NCBI GenBank assembly: GCA_019358935.1
Contig: JAHHIK010000021.1
Location: 1 to 64,000, forward strand
Direction of reading: 5' to 3'
DNA from: Tolypothrix carrinoi HA7290-LM1
GTDB lineage: Bacteria; Cyanobacteriota; Cyanobacteriia; Cyanobacteriales; Nostocaceae
Length of the DNA stretch: 64,000 nucleotides
The notes under the pieces were generated by a model. It ran no database searches. It was not told where the DNA came from and was given only the letters and a program-made list of their open reading frames with translations. The translations under genes and the position numbers were made by a program. Position 1 is the first letter of the stretch. Each line of letters starts with the position of its first letter. Positions 1 through 9,370 of the stretch are shown here, in pieces.

Positions 1-113
1 TTGCCAGGATGCCTGCAACAACCACAGACTCACCTTCACTTTTTTATACCTGTACTCAACTTCGGCTTTTTAGTAGTTTTGAACTCTTAGAGGAGTGAGC
101 GCCGACTTTTAGT

Positions 114-218
114 CTAAACTCCAGTTAAGGATACTGTCGATGAAAATGCATCATCACGGGTTTGGGTATCAACAATGCGAACTTCCTCCGCTCCCAGTCG
201 CTCAAATACTTTAACAAT
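114..218 (-). pseudogene. cphB: Cyanophycinase internal fragment
   Basis: Minus strand reads IVKVFERLGAEEVRIVDTQTRDDAFSST, closely resembling a cyanobacterial CphB segment. It has no start codon and stops soon after. Confidence 0.65.
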
Positions 219-259
219 TGTTGAATGCGTAAATTTTGAATTGATAAACAAATGCAAAT

Positions 260-451
260 CTAAGCTATCGACCAATGATCCCATGCATGAATTGCATCTT
301 CTACCACAAGTACTTTATTTGCGGCAGGTTCAGCTACTAAAACCTTCAGCGTTACGGTATACACATTATTGATGATTTGGTGTCCGTAACCAATGACTTT
401 TCCTAGTTGTCCAGTTTTTTGATTTATCACAGGCTCATCAATAGTAAACAT
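260..451 (-). CDS. Small hypothetical protein (63 aa)
   Basis: ATG-started ORF with protein-like composition and AT-rich promoter region upstream. Confidence 0.6.
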   Translation of the reverse strand: MFTIDEPVINQKTGQLGKVIGYGHQIINNVYTVTLKVLVAEPAANKVLVVEDAIHAWDHWSIA

Positions 452-924
452 AACGGTAACTGTCTAAGTTTGACAGTTGATAAATGGTATTCCATATATT
501 ATCTATAGTCCCGAAAATTAAAACTTCATTCTTAAAGAATATTTGGAGTCAGACTTAAGTAATATGTTAGTTTCACTCTTGAGGATATAACTTATGTAGT
601 TATTATAAAGACGGAAAATTTTTCCAGCACTTCTTTGTAATTACCGTAGTAAAAAAGGCAATTACTGTAGTTTTGAGATAGCCTCTATTTGCAGATAATG
701 TAGTTTCAAAGAGTTTTTTGCAGAGCATTACACCAACGCTCTTCACAGCGCCGTTACCGATAACGAGCAAGTGTAGACTATCAAGTAAGATAAACTAACT
801 ATAGATTTTTTCACCTTTGTGTAGTTCTAACACTTGAAATAGCAAATGCATCGCAATGCACGCTCTTTTAAATAAAATTAAGATGCACACCTTTCTCAAG
901 CTTACATACACATACTTGCTTTGG

Positions 925-944
925 TCTGTCCGGTTTCAGACAGA
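925..944. promoter_or_regulatory. Inverted repeat TCTGTC-N8-GACAGA, possible Crp/Fnr-family binding site
   Basis: Dyad symmetry with TGT...ACA spacing, about 225 bp from the crp-like gene end. Confidence 0.35.
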
Positions 945-1169
945 GATCAAAAAGATTTATCTACGCTTATGAAGAAGCAAGTTGCCCAGTAATCGAGCAA
1001 ATTTGTCTTGTATGACCTGATAACACTTGCTGTTTTTGTTGCTAATAGTAATTCTGCCACGGAATAACAGCGAATGATTGCCGCTTAGTTTAGGATATTA
1101 GCAGCTACCAGGTTTAACGCACTCGGTTATAGCCAGAATACATACGTTAGTTAAAATGATATTACAGCT

Positions 1170-1680
1170 TCAGCCAAACAAGCGGTTATATTCTGCCTTG
1201 ACCATGCCGTAACATTCGCAGGCAGCTGTTTCCAAATTCTTCCTGTCAAGAATCTGGATGTGTCCGCGTCGATAACTGATCAAGCCCCTGCCTTGGAGTT
1301 TACTAGCAGTTTCACTGACTCCAGAACGCCTAACGCCGAGCATCGTGCCAAGAAATTCATGGGTGAGGTGAAGTTCCTCTGAACCCACACCGTCACTGCT
1401 CATCAGCAACCAACGACACAGCCTTGCTTCTATTTGATGAAGACGGTTGCAGGCAGCGCTTTGTGAACCGATAACAATGAGTGTATGTATGTAACGGTGG
1501 AGAAGCTTTTGCAATGCACTGCTTCTGTCGAACGCCTTTTTGATAATTTCTGCTTTGATACGCACGGCTTGACCGGGAATTTGTACCAGCGTCTGCATCG
1601 GTGTCGTGTTCGCATCCAAAAGAATTGGCACACCTGCCATCCCCTCACGCCCGATACAGCCAGATTCGACCTGCGATGCG
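1170..1680 (-). pseudogene. Crp/Fnr family transcriptional regulator, 5'-truncated
   Basis: IGREGM cNMP-domain segment, QSAACNRLH..EARLCRWLL, and HTH THEFLGTMLGVRRSGVSE. The N-terminus is replaced by unrelated sequence. Confidence 0.8.
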
Positions 1681-1769
1681 TATACGTGCATTGCAACTAC
1701 GAGCGTTCTTACTTGATAACAAACTACAAAACACGGGCAAAGAAATTTTCCCCAATTGGATTTTGACAA

Positions 1770-2141
1770 ACAGCCATGCGCTCAATATTAATGTGCCAAG
1801 TATGAGGAAACTGAAATAAAATAGGACCAAGCTTTTCTTCTAATCCAGATGCACGTTCGAGCAGACGAGATAGCGGTTCTATCGGGTCTTTTAACTTCTT
1901 CATGTGGGTGAGATAGCGGCTACCTTTGACGGCAAAAAGAAACTTAGATGGGGGAGCGCGATCACCAACTTTCAAACACGGATCGCTCTGGCAAACGATA
2001 AAAGGAAAAGTTAATTTCTACAGTGGAAAAGTGTTGGGCGTAAAATGATAGTTGCTGGTCGCTAGGCAAATGTGGTGGATAGAAAATGTCCATCCAATGC
2101 TTATAAACCCAACCACTAGTACCAATTTGCAGCTTACCCAT
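1770..2141 (-). pseudogene. DUF72 family protein, frameshifted and 3'-truncated
   Basis: MGKLQIGTSGWVYKHW...TVEINFSFYRLP, frameshift near 1965, then FLFAVKGSRYLTHMKKL...LGPILFQFP. Confidence 0.85.
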
Positions 2142-2157
2142 TTTGTCTTGTGTTACA

Positions 2158-2529
2158 CTATTTTTTTGTAAACCACCAAGCCCAAGCGACTAACAGAGTC
2201 TGAAAAGGCAGCCTCAACCAAATCAGGGGTGGATCGTGTGGTAATGCTACGACCTCGATGTTATTAACTGCCTGATAAAGATTAGCAGGAAAAACAGCAA
2301 TATAAAGTACAACGAGAAGCCATGCAGCATAACGAGTTACACCAGGAATTAATAATCCTACTCCACCCAAAACTTCCAAAAATCCGCTAGTGTAAACAAA
2401 TGTCAAATGGTCGGGAAGAAAGTCCGGCACAATCTTCTCAAATCCACCTGGGTGGGTAAAGTGCAAAGCACCAACGACTACCATCCCGATTGCAAGTATG
2501 ATTTGTCAGACTATTTTGTACCTTTTCAT
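2158..2529 (-). pseudogene. DoxX-like membrane protein with TGA at codon 8 (a shorter product from ATG 2484 is possible)
   Basis: MKRYKIV*QIILAIGMVVVGALHF...AVFPAN...WLRLPFQ. Confidence 0.7.
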
Positions 2530-2532
2530 GTT

Positions 2533-3144
2533 CTAAATCTTTACCTCAGCGCTACAGTTAGCTTGGCATTCAGCTAGATTTTTTAGTCTCAAAAACTGCT
2601 GGCACATCATCAATAAATCTCCCCACGGCAGAAAATAGCGAATCCATGACCAAAAGATATTTCTCGGATAGCGAATATGCCCCTTGAGAATCAGGCGACA
2701 AGTGTTTTCTGATATCGGGAAAATGACATAACTTGCTGCGATGTTACCAAACATTGTAATGGCTCGTTCGTCATCCATTACTATTGTTAAATGTCGATTT
2801 TTTTCAAACTCAACAAGTTTAAAAACACCCATAACTCTTTGACCGATCGCTAAATTTTCTATACCTGGAAGCAGTTGTTTTGGACTTGGAGGGTCTGATA
2901 TTGAATCTTGAACCGGAAAAAATATTCTTTCGAGACGGTCAATCCAGTCATAACTGTAAGATCCAACCTTCAGTTGGCATAGCCATCGAAATAAAATCTG
3001 AGTTGGTGCTTTTACATTTATGGCTCGGAAATACGCCTCGTCACTATTTTCTATGTAGCGATCGCATGGGAACGACATCAGCCTCTCTTCAAGCGTAGAC
3101 CCCCAAGTATATGCAATTCCTTGTTTTATATTGATATTTGCCAT
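2533..3144 (-). CDS. Hypothetical protein (SRPBCC-like)
   Basis: 203-aa ORF with RAINVKAP...FRWLCQL...YSYDWID. Confidence 0.7.
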   Translation of the reverse strand: MANINIKQGIAYTWGSTLEERLMSFPCDRYIENSDEAYFRAINVKAPTQILFRWLCQLKVGSYSYDWIDRLERIFFPVQDSISDPPSPKQLLPGIENLAIGQRVMGVFKLVEFEKNRHLTIVMDDERAITMFGNIAASYVIFPISENTCRLILKGHIRYPRNIFWSWIRYFLPWGDLLMMCQQFLRLKNLAECQANCSAEVKI

Positions 3145-3695
3145 TAGTTAGAATTGAGATATCCGTGACGTGCTTTAAGAATTAGCACGCAGCTTGGTGC
3201 ATGTGTGATAGTGTTATCCATCACCATTTGTACCGCTGCATCAAGGGTAACTTTAACTGCTTCTATTGTTTCCGTTCCTTCTGGATTTGCTTCTGTTTTT
3301 GTTAGCTGCTTTGCTAGAAACATCTGCACGGGACAATCAACAATCGACGTATCTAAATTAACCACACCTAAATCAATTAATTCCGATGCTTTGATGCCAA
3401 CTTCTTCTTCAATTTCACGTTTTGCTGCCTCAATGTTAGGTTCATCCTCCTCAACTGCACCGCATACTACTTCGATACTTTCTTTACCAAGAGCGTAGCG
3501 AAATTGCCGAACCAGATACACGTAACCATCGCTATCTATCGGCAAAATAGCAACGGCTGGTTTCATTTTCACAGTGGCATATTTACCAGGTTCACCGTTA
3601 GGTCGCAGAACTTCGTCTTCACGAACATTGATAAACGAATCGTGGAATTTCTGGTTTGTTTCTTGTATTGTCCAAGGACCATTTTTTTCTGCCAT
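3144..3695 (-). CDS. NUDIX hydrolase (ADP-ribose pyrophosphatase-like)
   Basis: Nudix box GAVEEDEPNIEAAKREIEEEVG; LVRQFRY. Confidence 0.92.
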   Translation of the reverse strand: MAEKNGPWTIQETNQKFHDSFINVREDEVLRPNGEPGKYATVKMKPAVAILPIDSDGYVYLVRQFRYALGKESIEVVCGAVEEDEPNIEAAKREIEEEVGIKASELIDLGVVNLDTSIVDCPVQMFLAKQLTKTEANPEGTETIEAVKVTLDAAVQMVMDNTITHAPSCVLILKARHGYLNSN

Positions 3696-3868
3696 GATGA
3701 TTTATCTCTTTATTAAATAACACACAAAAAGTAACTACCATTTCCTTAAAAAAAGGCGCAAGCCTAAGTCTTAACTTAAATATTTAGCCAAAAACGATTG
3801 CAGTCATGCCTGGGTTATTTCTGGGTAAAGAATAGAAAAGAGTGCAAAAGTATGTATTTATAAGTTAG

Positions 3869-3913
3869 AACCACAGATGCACACAGATGAATTATCTATG
3901 TTTATCTGTGGTT
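3869..3913. repeat. Imperfect palindrome AACCACAGAT...ATCTGTGGTT (dispersed repeat type)
   Basis: Terminal 10-bp inverted repeat with internal ACACAGAT duplication. Confidence 0.6.
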
Positions 3914-3994
3914 TGATTTTCATCTGTCTTGAATGAGTGCAAGCTTACTCCATGAACTTCGTTCACAACAAAGGATGAAAATAGACTTTTAAAA

Positions 3995-4228
3995 TCACTC
4001 CAAAGCCGGTTTACTGCGAGCGTAGGAGTTTAAAAACAGAACAAAGATAATTGCAAAGGTGAGGTCAATGACACCTGGAATTAAATAAAATGGGTGAAGC
4101 TTGTTTAGGAAGGTGTGATAAGCTAGCACAGCGAAAACCGAAGATTGCGCGATAATTCCAAGTTTTACGATGCCGTGATTGCGATCGATGTCCTGACCAA
4201 CCCACCAATAGCCAATCCCGATAACAAA
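3995..4228 (-). pseudogene. 3' half of a membrane protein gene, fused out of frame to the upstream gene
   Basis: Open frame FVIGIGYWWVGQDIDRNHGIVKLGII...GVIDLTFAIIFVLFL...PALE* with no start codon. Confidence 0.65.
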
Positions 4229-4512
4229 GTTAGCTCAGAATCTAACATTAGTTTCTGAACTTGCGAAATCATCTTTTGGGTTGTTTCTTTAGGCTCACCC
4301 TTAACACCGTATTGAACAATTACAGTATCGATAATGCCTAGATTTTTCCGATCCGAATCAAGCATATGCTGTAGGCGAGCGCAAATATCATTTTCTGTGC
4401 AATCTTGAAGAAATTGCTGCTCATTCTTAATCAGCAGATTTTGTAATTCTTTCATATCTGCTAATTTTGTGGCAATTAAAATCCGCTTGGTGTCATCAAG
4501 AGTTAATACCAT
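4223..4512 (-). pseudogene. Hemerythrin/HHE-domain ('DNA nickase'-type) protein, 3'-truncated
   Basis: MVLTLDDTKR...KLADMKELQ...DSDRKNLGIIDTVIVQYG is the N-terminus of this Nostocales family; similarity ends at SELTL. Confidence 0.7.
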
Positions 4513-4530
4513 TTTTTATTCTCCTACCTC

Positions 4531-4743
4531 TCATTTTGTGGCTAGTAGCTTCTTGCTGAATTCTTGGAGTTGAGATTGAATCCAATTACCACCCTTAGCT
4601 ATACATTGATGACAAATATCTCCATAGCCGTCACCTTGGTCATTACATACAACTAATCTGGCTTCATTAATTTGTAAATTTTGCTGACAAATTAAACATA
4701 CTTGTCTACTTTTTTTTGTGTTGCATTCTATTTGAAATTTCAT
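4531..4743 (-). CDS. Small hypothetical protein with two CxxC motifs
   Basis: CLIC...CHQC; RBS-like GGAG upstream. Confidence 0.7.
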   Translation of the reverse strand: MKFQIECNTKKSRQVCLICQQNLQINEARLVVCNDQGDGYGDICHQCIAKGGNWIQSQLQEFSKKLLATK

Positions 4744-4981
4744 ATTTTTTCTCCTTATTAAAGGTGTTTCAACGAATCACAAATTAACATACACCTTTAT
4801 AAATATATGATTTTTACAAAATCTACATCTATAAAATGAAGTGGATCTTGTTACATTTAAATGTAATCCTTGATACATTCAACTAGAGAAAATGCTAATA
4901 CATAATCTATCATTTGTTATCTCTAAATTAAAATAAACTTTGTGAATGTATAAAATTCCCGAAAAATCTCAAAGATAAAAC

Positions 4982-5948
4982 TTAATTATTCTCAACTAGC
5001 TTAACAGCTTTGCCAATGTAGCATACAGAAGTATCATCATTAATTTTGATTTCAAATAAACTACCTTTTTTACCTTTTTTTTGATTATTTAAATCCTTAA
5101 TTACAAGATTTATTAGCGTTTTCAAGTTAGTACCACCTGTCAAATCAAATCCTTTAATTAGATAATCTGCAAAGCCAGTCTTTTTCATGACATCAATCAT
5201 TTCCTGGGGTTTATTGAAGAAAGGCAGAGGGCAGGAGGCAGCTATGCTGAAGGAGCAATCGGATGGGGATTCAAACCCCAACCGATTGAATCCACCGTGT
5301 AGACGGTGGGGTTTTATACCCAGTTGGCTCCAGCCAGAAGGCTGAATCAAAGACATAATTTATACCTTCTGCCCTCTGCCCTCTGCCTTCTGCCTTCCGC
5401 CGAAGGCGGATAAACTTATTCCAATCGTGAAGCCCAGGCGGTATATACTTGAGGGTATCTTCTAAAAACCAAATGATTATAAATTTAGATTTCAAATTTA
5501 TATTAATTGTGTCAAACAAAAATAATCCATCTTTTTTTAAAACTCTATAAGCTTCATAAATAATTTTTTCCCAATCGTCAACATGCTCCAAAACGTCAAA
5601 ACATAAAACAATATCAAAACTGTTTTCTTTGTAAGGAAGATTTTCAGCTACTCCCCAACGATAATCAATTTTGAAATTACTTTTTTTAGCATGTTCTTGG
5701 GCGATATTAATTGAATTCAACGATAAATCTATCCCTGATACATAAGCGTTTAGCTTGGCTACGGATTCACAAGCCAATCCTCCTCCACAGCCAATATCTA
5801 AAACTTTAATTCCTTTCCAATCTGGCACAAAACTTGTAACAAACTCTCTTCTTGAGTTGTTAAGATGGTTAGACAGATATAAAGTTTCGTCTGACTTCCA
5901 CCATTTTTCTGCATTAAAATCGTAGTATTCTAAGTTATTTATTTTCAT
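4982..5948 (-). pseudogene. ubiG: UbiG-like SAM-dependent O-methyltransferase interrupted by a 196-bp element
   Basis: VLDIGCGGG and DVLEHV motifs. Removing 5214-5409 restores HDWNKFIKPQEM and a 256-aa frame. Confidence 0.88.
5214..5409 (-). mobile_element. 196-bp non-autonomous element (IS200/IS605-like ends), copy 1
   Basis: Reverse complement of 45968-46163. Follows TTTAT, ends TTCAA, no target duplication. Confidence 0.9.
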
Positions 5949-6068
5949 TTTAGTTCCGAAATTTCCTAATTTTATCGGACAAATTGATTACTTTATAACT
6001 TAGGTAAAGAAACCCATTTTCTAGAAGTAATCAAGCTTTCTAAGGTTAGATATCAACAGTCGTGCTGT

Positions 6069-7337
6069 TTAAGCGATCGCCTGCAATCCTTTATTTTGTA
6101 AGTTTTGCTCGATGTGCTGCATTTCCTCGATTGTCTGTCCAGTCACAATCCCGTAAATTTCGGTGTAGATTTTTCCGTACTTGACTTTCTCTAAAGCCGA
6201 TAAAATGATAAAGTCTTTGCGATCCAGTTGTGGTTTCAAAGTTACTAAAATCGAGTCCAACGTCCCATCCATGCGGTAATCACTGGAATATTTAGCCACC
6301 TCTTTTCCAAGGGACAGTAGGGTATGACGCTGCAAGCAGAGGGGAGTTGAACCATTGATTCGGAAATTGGCATCAATTACATAAAGCTGTTTGTCTTGGT
6401 CTTCCAACACATCGAAGCCAATAAAGCCGAAATAACCAAGCTTATGAGCATACTGACCAATAGCAGCAATCATCTCATAGAACTTGCTCATGTCAGTTTC
6501 GCGGTAGTGAATCAGTCCCCCTAAATAGTTGCCCTCTGGGGTGACGAGTTGACTCGTGGTGCCGATGAGTGTTATGTCTCCCGCTTTGTTGACATAGAAT
6601 TGCACGCAATAGTTCTGCACCTCGTTTTTGACGAACTCTGAGACAATAATGTTATCGAGCAACTTGATATCGAGATATTTCCTGATTTCTTCAAAGCAGT
6701 AGTTCAGATCGCTGGTGCTTTTGATAATATAAGTGCCTTCTCCTGAAAGCCCGTGGGACGTTTTGATTAAGTAAGGAAATTGTGGTAACTCAATATCTTC
6801 CAGACTCTGGGTGTGCAGATTGTAGCTTGAGTATTTCGGACATTGCACTCCTAACTCAGCTAGCGTTACTTTACTCAGCAAGCGGTAGTGGGTGTCTGGA
6901 TTAACGGCGTGTTTTTCTGGTTGCAGATTATCAAAGGGAAATAAAGTGATGAGTTTGTCAAAGTGGGAGTTCTGACTGAGGTCATCCAGATAAGTTGAGC
7001 AATCCATCATCTGCATATTGGAGTGGCTGAACCCAAAATGCTCCTGCCAGTAGTTAATCAGCAACTTTGGCGGTGAAATAATCACAATTCCTGGAAGCGT
7101 ATCGCCTAACACAGCCAGATTTTTCCAAGGTTCCTTCTGGCAAATTTTGTCAAACGAGGTTTTAGTCGCTTCACTACTACCGTCTTGAATAAAGTATTTT
7201 TTTCTATTGGGGTAAGCAGCCCAACTGCCAGTTGCAGGGTAATTTGGGATGAACGCATAACGTGCATCTGTAATGTCCTGAGCAAACAGATTAGATAAAT
7301 AACTGCCTTGAAAGTACTGAAAGTCGTATTTTGACAT
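6069..7337 (-). CDS. ATP-grasp domain protein
   Basis: YLIKTSHGLSGEG, IIVSEFV, GFIGFDVL, VIDANFRINGS. Confidence 0.85.
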   Translation of the reverse strand: MSKYDFQYFQGSYLSNLFAQDITDARYAFIPNYPATGSWAAYPNRKKYFIQDGSSEATKTSFDKICQKEPWKNLAVLGDTLPGIVIISPPKLLINYWQEHFGFSHSNMQMMDCSTYLDDLSQNSHFDKLITLFPFDNLQPEKHAVNPDTHYRLLSKVTLAELGVQCPKYSSYNLHTQSLEDIELPQFPYLIKTSHGLSGEGTYIIKSTSDLNYCFEEIRKYLDIKLLDNIIVSEFVKNEVQNYCVQFYVNKAGDITLIGTTSQLVTPEGNYLGGLIHYRETDMSKFYEMIAAIGQYAHKLGYFGFIGFDVLEDQDKQLYVIDANFRINGSTPLCLQRHTLLSLGKEVAKYSSDYRMDGTLDSILVTLKPQLDRKDFIILSALEKVKYGKIYTEIYGIVTGQTIEEMQHIEQNLQNKGLQAIA

Positions 7338-7453
7338 GTCTAGTTTGAGTTCAACTCTTTTTAAAACCCATCAGCGCATCCACCTGACAAATAAGGTATT
7401 AGTTGCCCAATTTTGATTCCTCTATCTGCAAGTAGAAACGATTGGTGACTTTA

Positions 7454-7486
7454 AGAATCCCGGTTTCTTAAAGAAACCGGGATTCT
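7454..7486. repeat. Perfect 16-bp-arm palindrome (REP-like/terminator)
   Basis: AGAATCCCGGTTTCTT-A-AAGAAACCGGGATTCT; relatives at 11290 and 30662. Confidence 0.8.
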
Positions 7487-7508
7487 GACTCATTGCGACA
7501 TGCCAAAA

Positions 7509-8407
7509 TTAATCACACAAAGCAGGAGCTTCTTTTTTGGTAAACACAGCCACCTCGGAGAGTGCCGTGGTCATGTAAGCACAAGCCATATGCGATGAGT
7601 TATACGCCCAACCTACTCGTCCCTGACTATCTAAGAGAATACACCCAGCCTCTCCTGTAACCTTAGATTTCAAAGTGTCGATCGCCTTCTGTGCTGCTTC
7701 GTCTGGGTGTCTATCTCCAGAAAGAAAATCAATCGCAGTTTTAGCCAAAACCACCGGGATAATCGACTCACCATCACCTGTGGTTGAGCAAGCGCCGAGT
7801 TTATTGTCAGCGTACAAGCCACAACCAACAACAGCACTGTCGCCGACGCGACCGGCTTGCTGATTCGTAGTGCCGCCAGTTGAGGTGCCAGCAGCTAAGA
7901 TACCGTTAGCATCCAAAGCCACACAACCAACAGTGTTGGGGCGCAAATCGAACTTCCTGCTCCTCCTTCCACTCTTGCCACTGCTCATCAGCAATCAAGT
8001 CTTCTTTTTTACACATTTCGGCTTTGTTGTCGGCGGCAAAGCGTTCTGCACCCCGCGCTACTAACAGCCTGGGTTTTTCATCCATAATTTTCCGTGCCAC
8101 CGAGATTGGATGACGCACGCCCTGAACTGCTGCGATCGCTCCCCAACCTAAAGAAGATCCATCCATGATTGCCGCGTCTAGCTCCACCTCTCCCTCGGTG
8201 TTGAGAGTCGCGCCCAGACTGGCGTTAAAGGTCTGGTCAGCTTCAAGAACACGGATGGCTGCCTCAACCGCTTCTGCGGCACAGCCTCCCCTAGTCAGCA
8301 CTGCCCAACCAGCCTCTACTGCTGCTTGACAGCCTGCATTATTAGCTGTAATCTTATCTTCGGAGATGCTTTTCGCTCCACCGTGAACAATAATTAGCTA
8401 GTGTCAT
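7509..8407 (-). pseudogene. iaaA: Isoaspartyl peptidase/L-asparaginase (Ntn hydrolase), two frameshifts
   Basis: IIVHGGA, VELDAAIMDG, NTVGCVALD, TSTGG, GRVGDS and TGDGE spread over different frames; shifts near 8395 and 7945. Confidence 0.9.
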
Positions 8408-8467
8408 AAATTTCCTTTTGTGATTATGAATTTTGTGTGACTGTAGATTATCAAGAGTGCATATTTA

Positions 8468-8493
8468 GGACGGGCAGGATGCCCATCCCACAA
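8468..8493. repeat. REP-like hairpin GGACGGGCAGGATGCCCATCC-CACAA
   Basis: Intergenic stem-loop. Confidence 0.5.
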
Positions 8494-8537
8494 AAGTTAT
8501 AATTTGGATATTGCGTTCTTAAATGCGCTACAGCTTA

Positions 8538-9341
8538 CTAGTAAGCGAACGACTGATAAACCTCAGTTCCGGTAAATTCGTCAAGTGATTCCACAATCGG
8601 ATTAAAGCGCAATAAGTGACGACCTCGTTCGGATAATGTGCTTATAGCAGCACGCGGTATCTGGATAGACACCTCCGGACGAAACAGCCAGCGACGGCTA
8701 TAGCCAATTACGACCATTGGACGCGGGGTATCTGTATAGTTAGGTGTACCACGGTGAAGACCGCGCACATCGCGAATCATTACGTCTCCCAGTTGCATAG
8801 TTACGGGTTCCAACTTAATTTCACCCGACTCTATACGGCGCAATCCTTCTTCTTTGGACATCATGTGCGTACCCCGCGCAATCTCCATCGGTCCGTTATC
8901 CAAAGTGACATCTACCAATGGGAAGTTGACTGCTAGCTGATATGGTGGGGTTTCCATACCAGTTTCCGGGAAGAGCGGCAAAGTATCCCGATGTACGTCT
9001 TGATACTCAGAATGCAGCAAAGGCGTATCTGTCGCCAACTGACACATGACGAAATCAGTTCCTACCAAGCGTTCCATAAGAGCCAGGATATCTTCCTCTT
9101 CATAGATACTGGTATCAGCAAATGGAGCGGCGAAAGGTAAAGTTACATAATAGCGTGCCGTACCTCGATTACGCAGGTGTCCTTCGCGGGCGATATGTTC
9201 AGTTAGCTTGGGGATAAAAGCAGAATGCCAAGCCTTGAGTGTTGCTTCGGAAAAGTGATTGGGCAACACGCAGAAGCCGTCGTTCAGTACCGATTGGGTG
9301 AACGATTCTATTTGTTGAGGGTTGTAGCGTCTTGTCATCAT
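8538..9341 (-). CDS. Phytanoyl-CoA dioxygenase family Fe(II)/2OG oxygenase
   Basis: QDVHRD, NGPMEIARGTH, LHRGTPN. Confidence 0.9.
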   Translation of the reverse strand: MMTRRYNPQQIESFTQSVLNDGFCVLPNHFSEATLKAWHSAFIPKLTEHIAREGHLRNRGTARYYVTLPFAAPFADTSIYEEEDILALMERLVGTDFVMCQLATDTPLLHSEYQDVHRDTLPLFPETGMETPPYQLAVNFPLVDVTLDNGPMEIARGTHMMSKEEGLRRIESGEIKLEPVTMQLGDVMIRDVRGLHRGTPNYTDTPRPMVVIGYSRRWLFRPEVSIQIPRAAISTLSERGRHLLRFNPIVESLDEFTGTEVYQSFAY

Positions 9342-9370
9342 ATCTTGATTTTAGACAGAATCCACAACTT

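Noticed and set aside
5214..5409. Classical DDE-type MITE with AT target duplication
   Set aside because: Copy 2 has no duplication, and that boundary would leave ubiG out of frame
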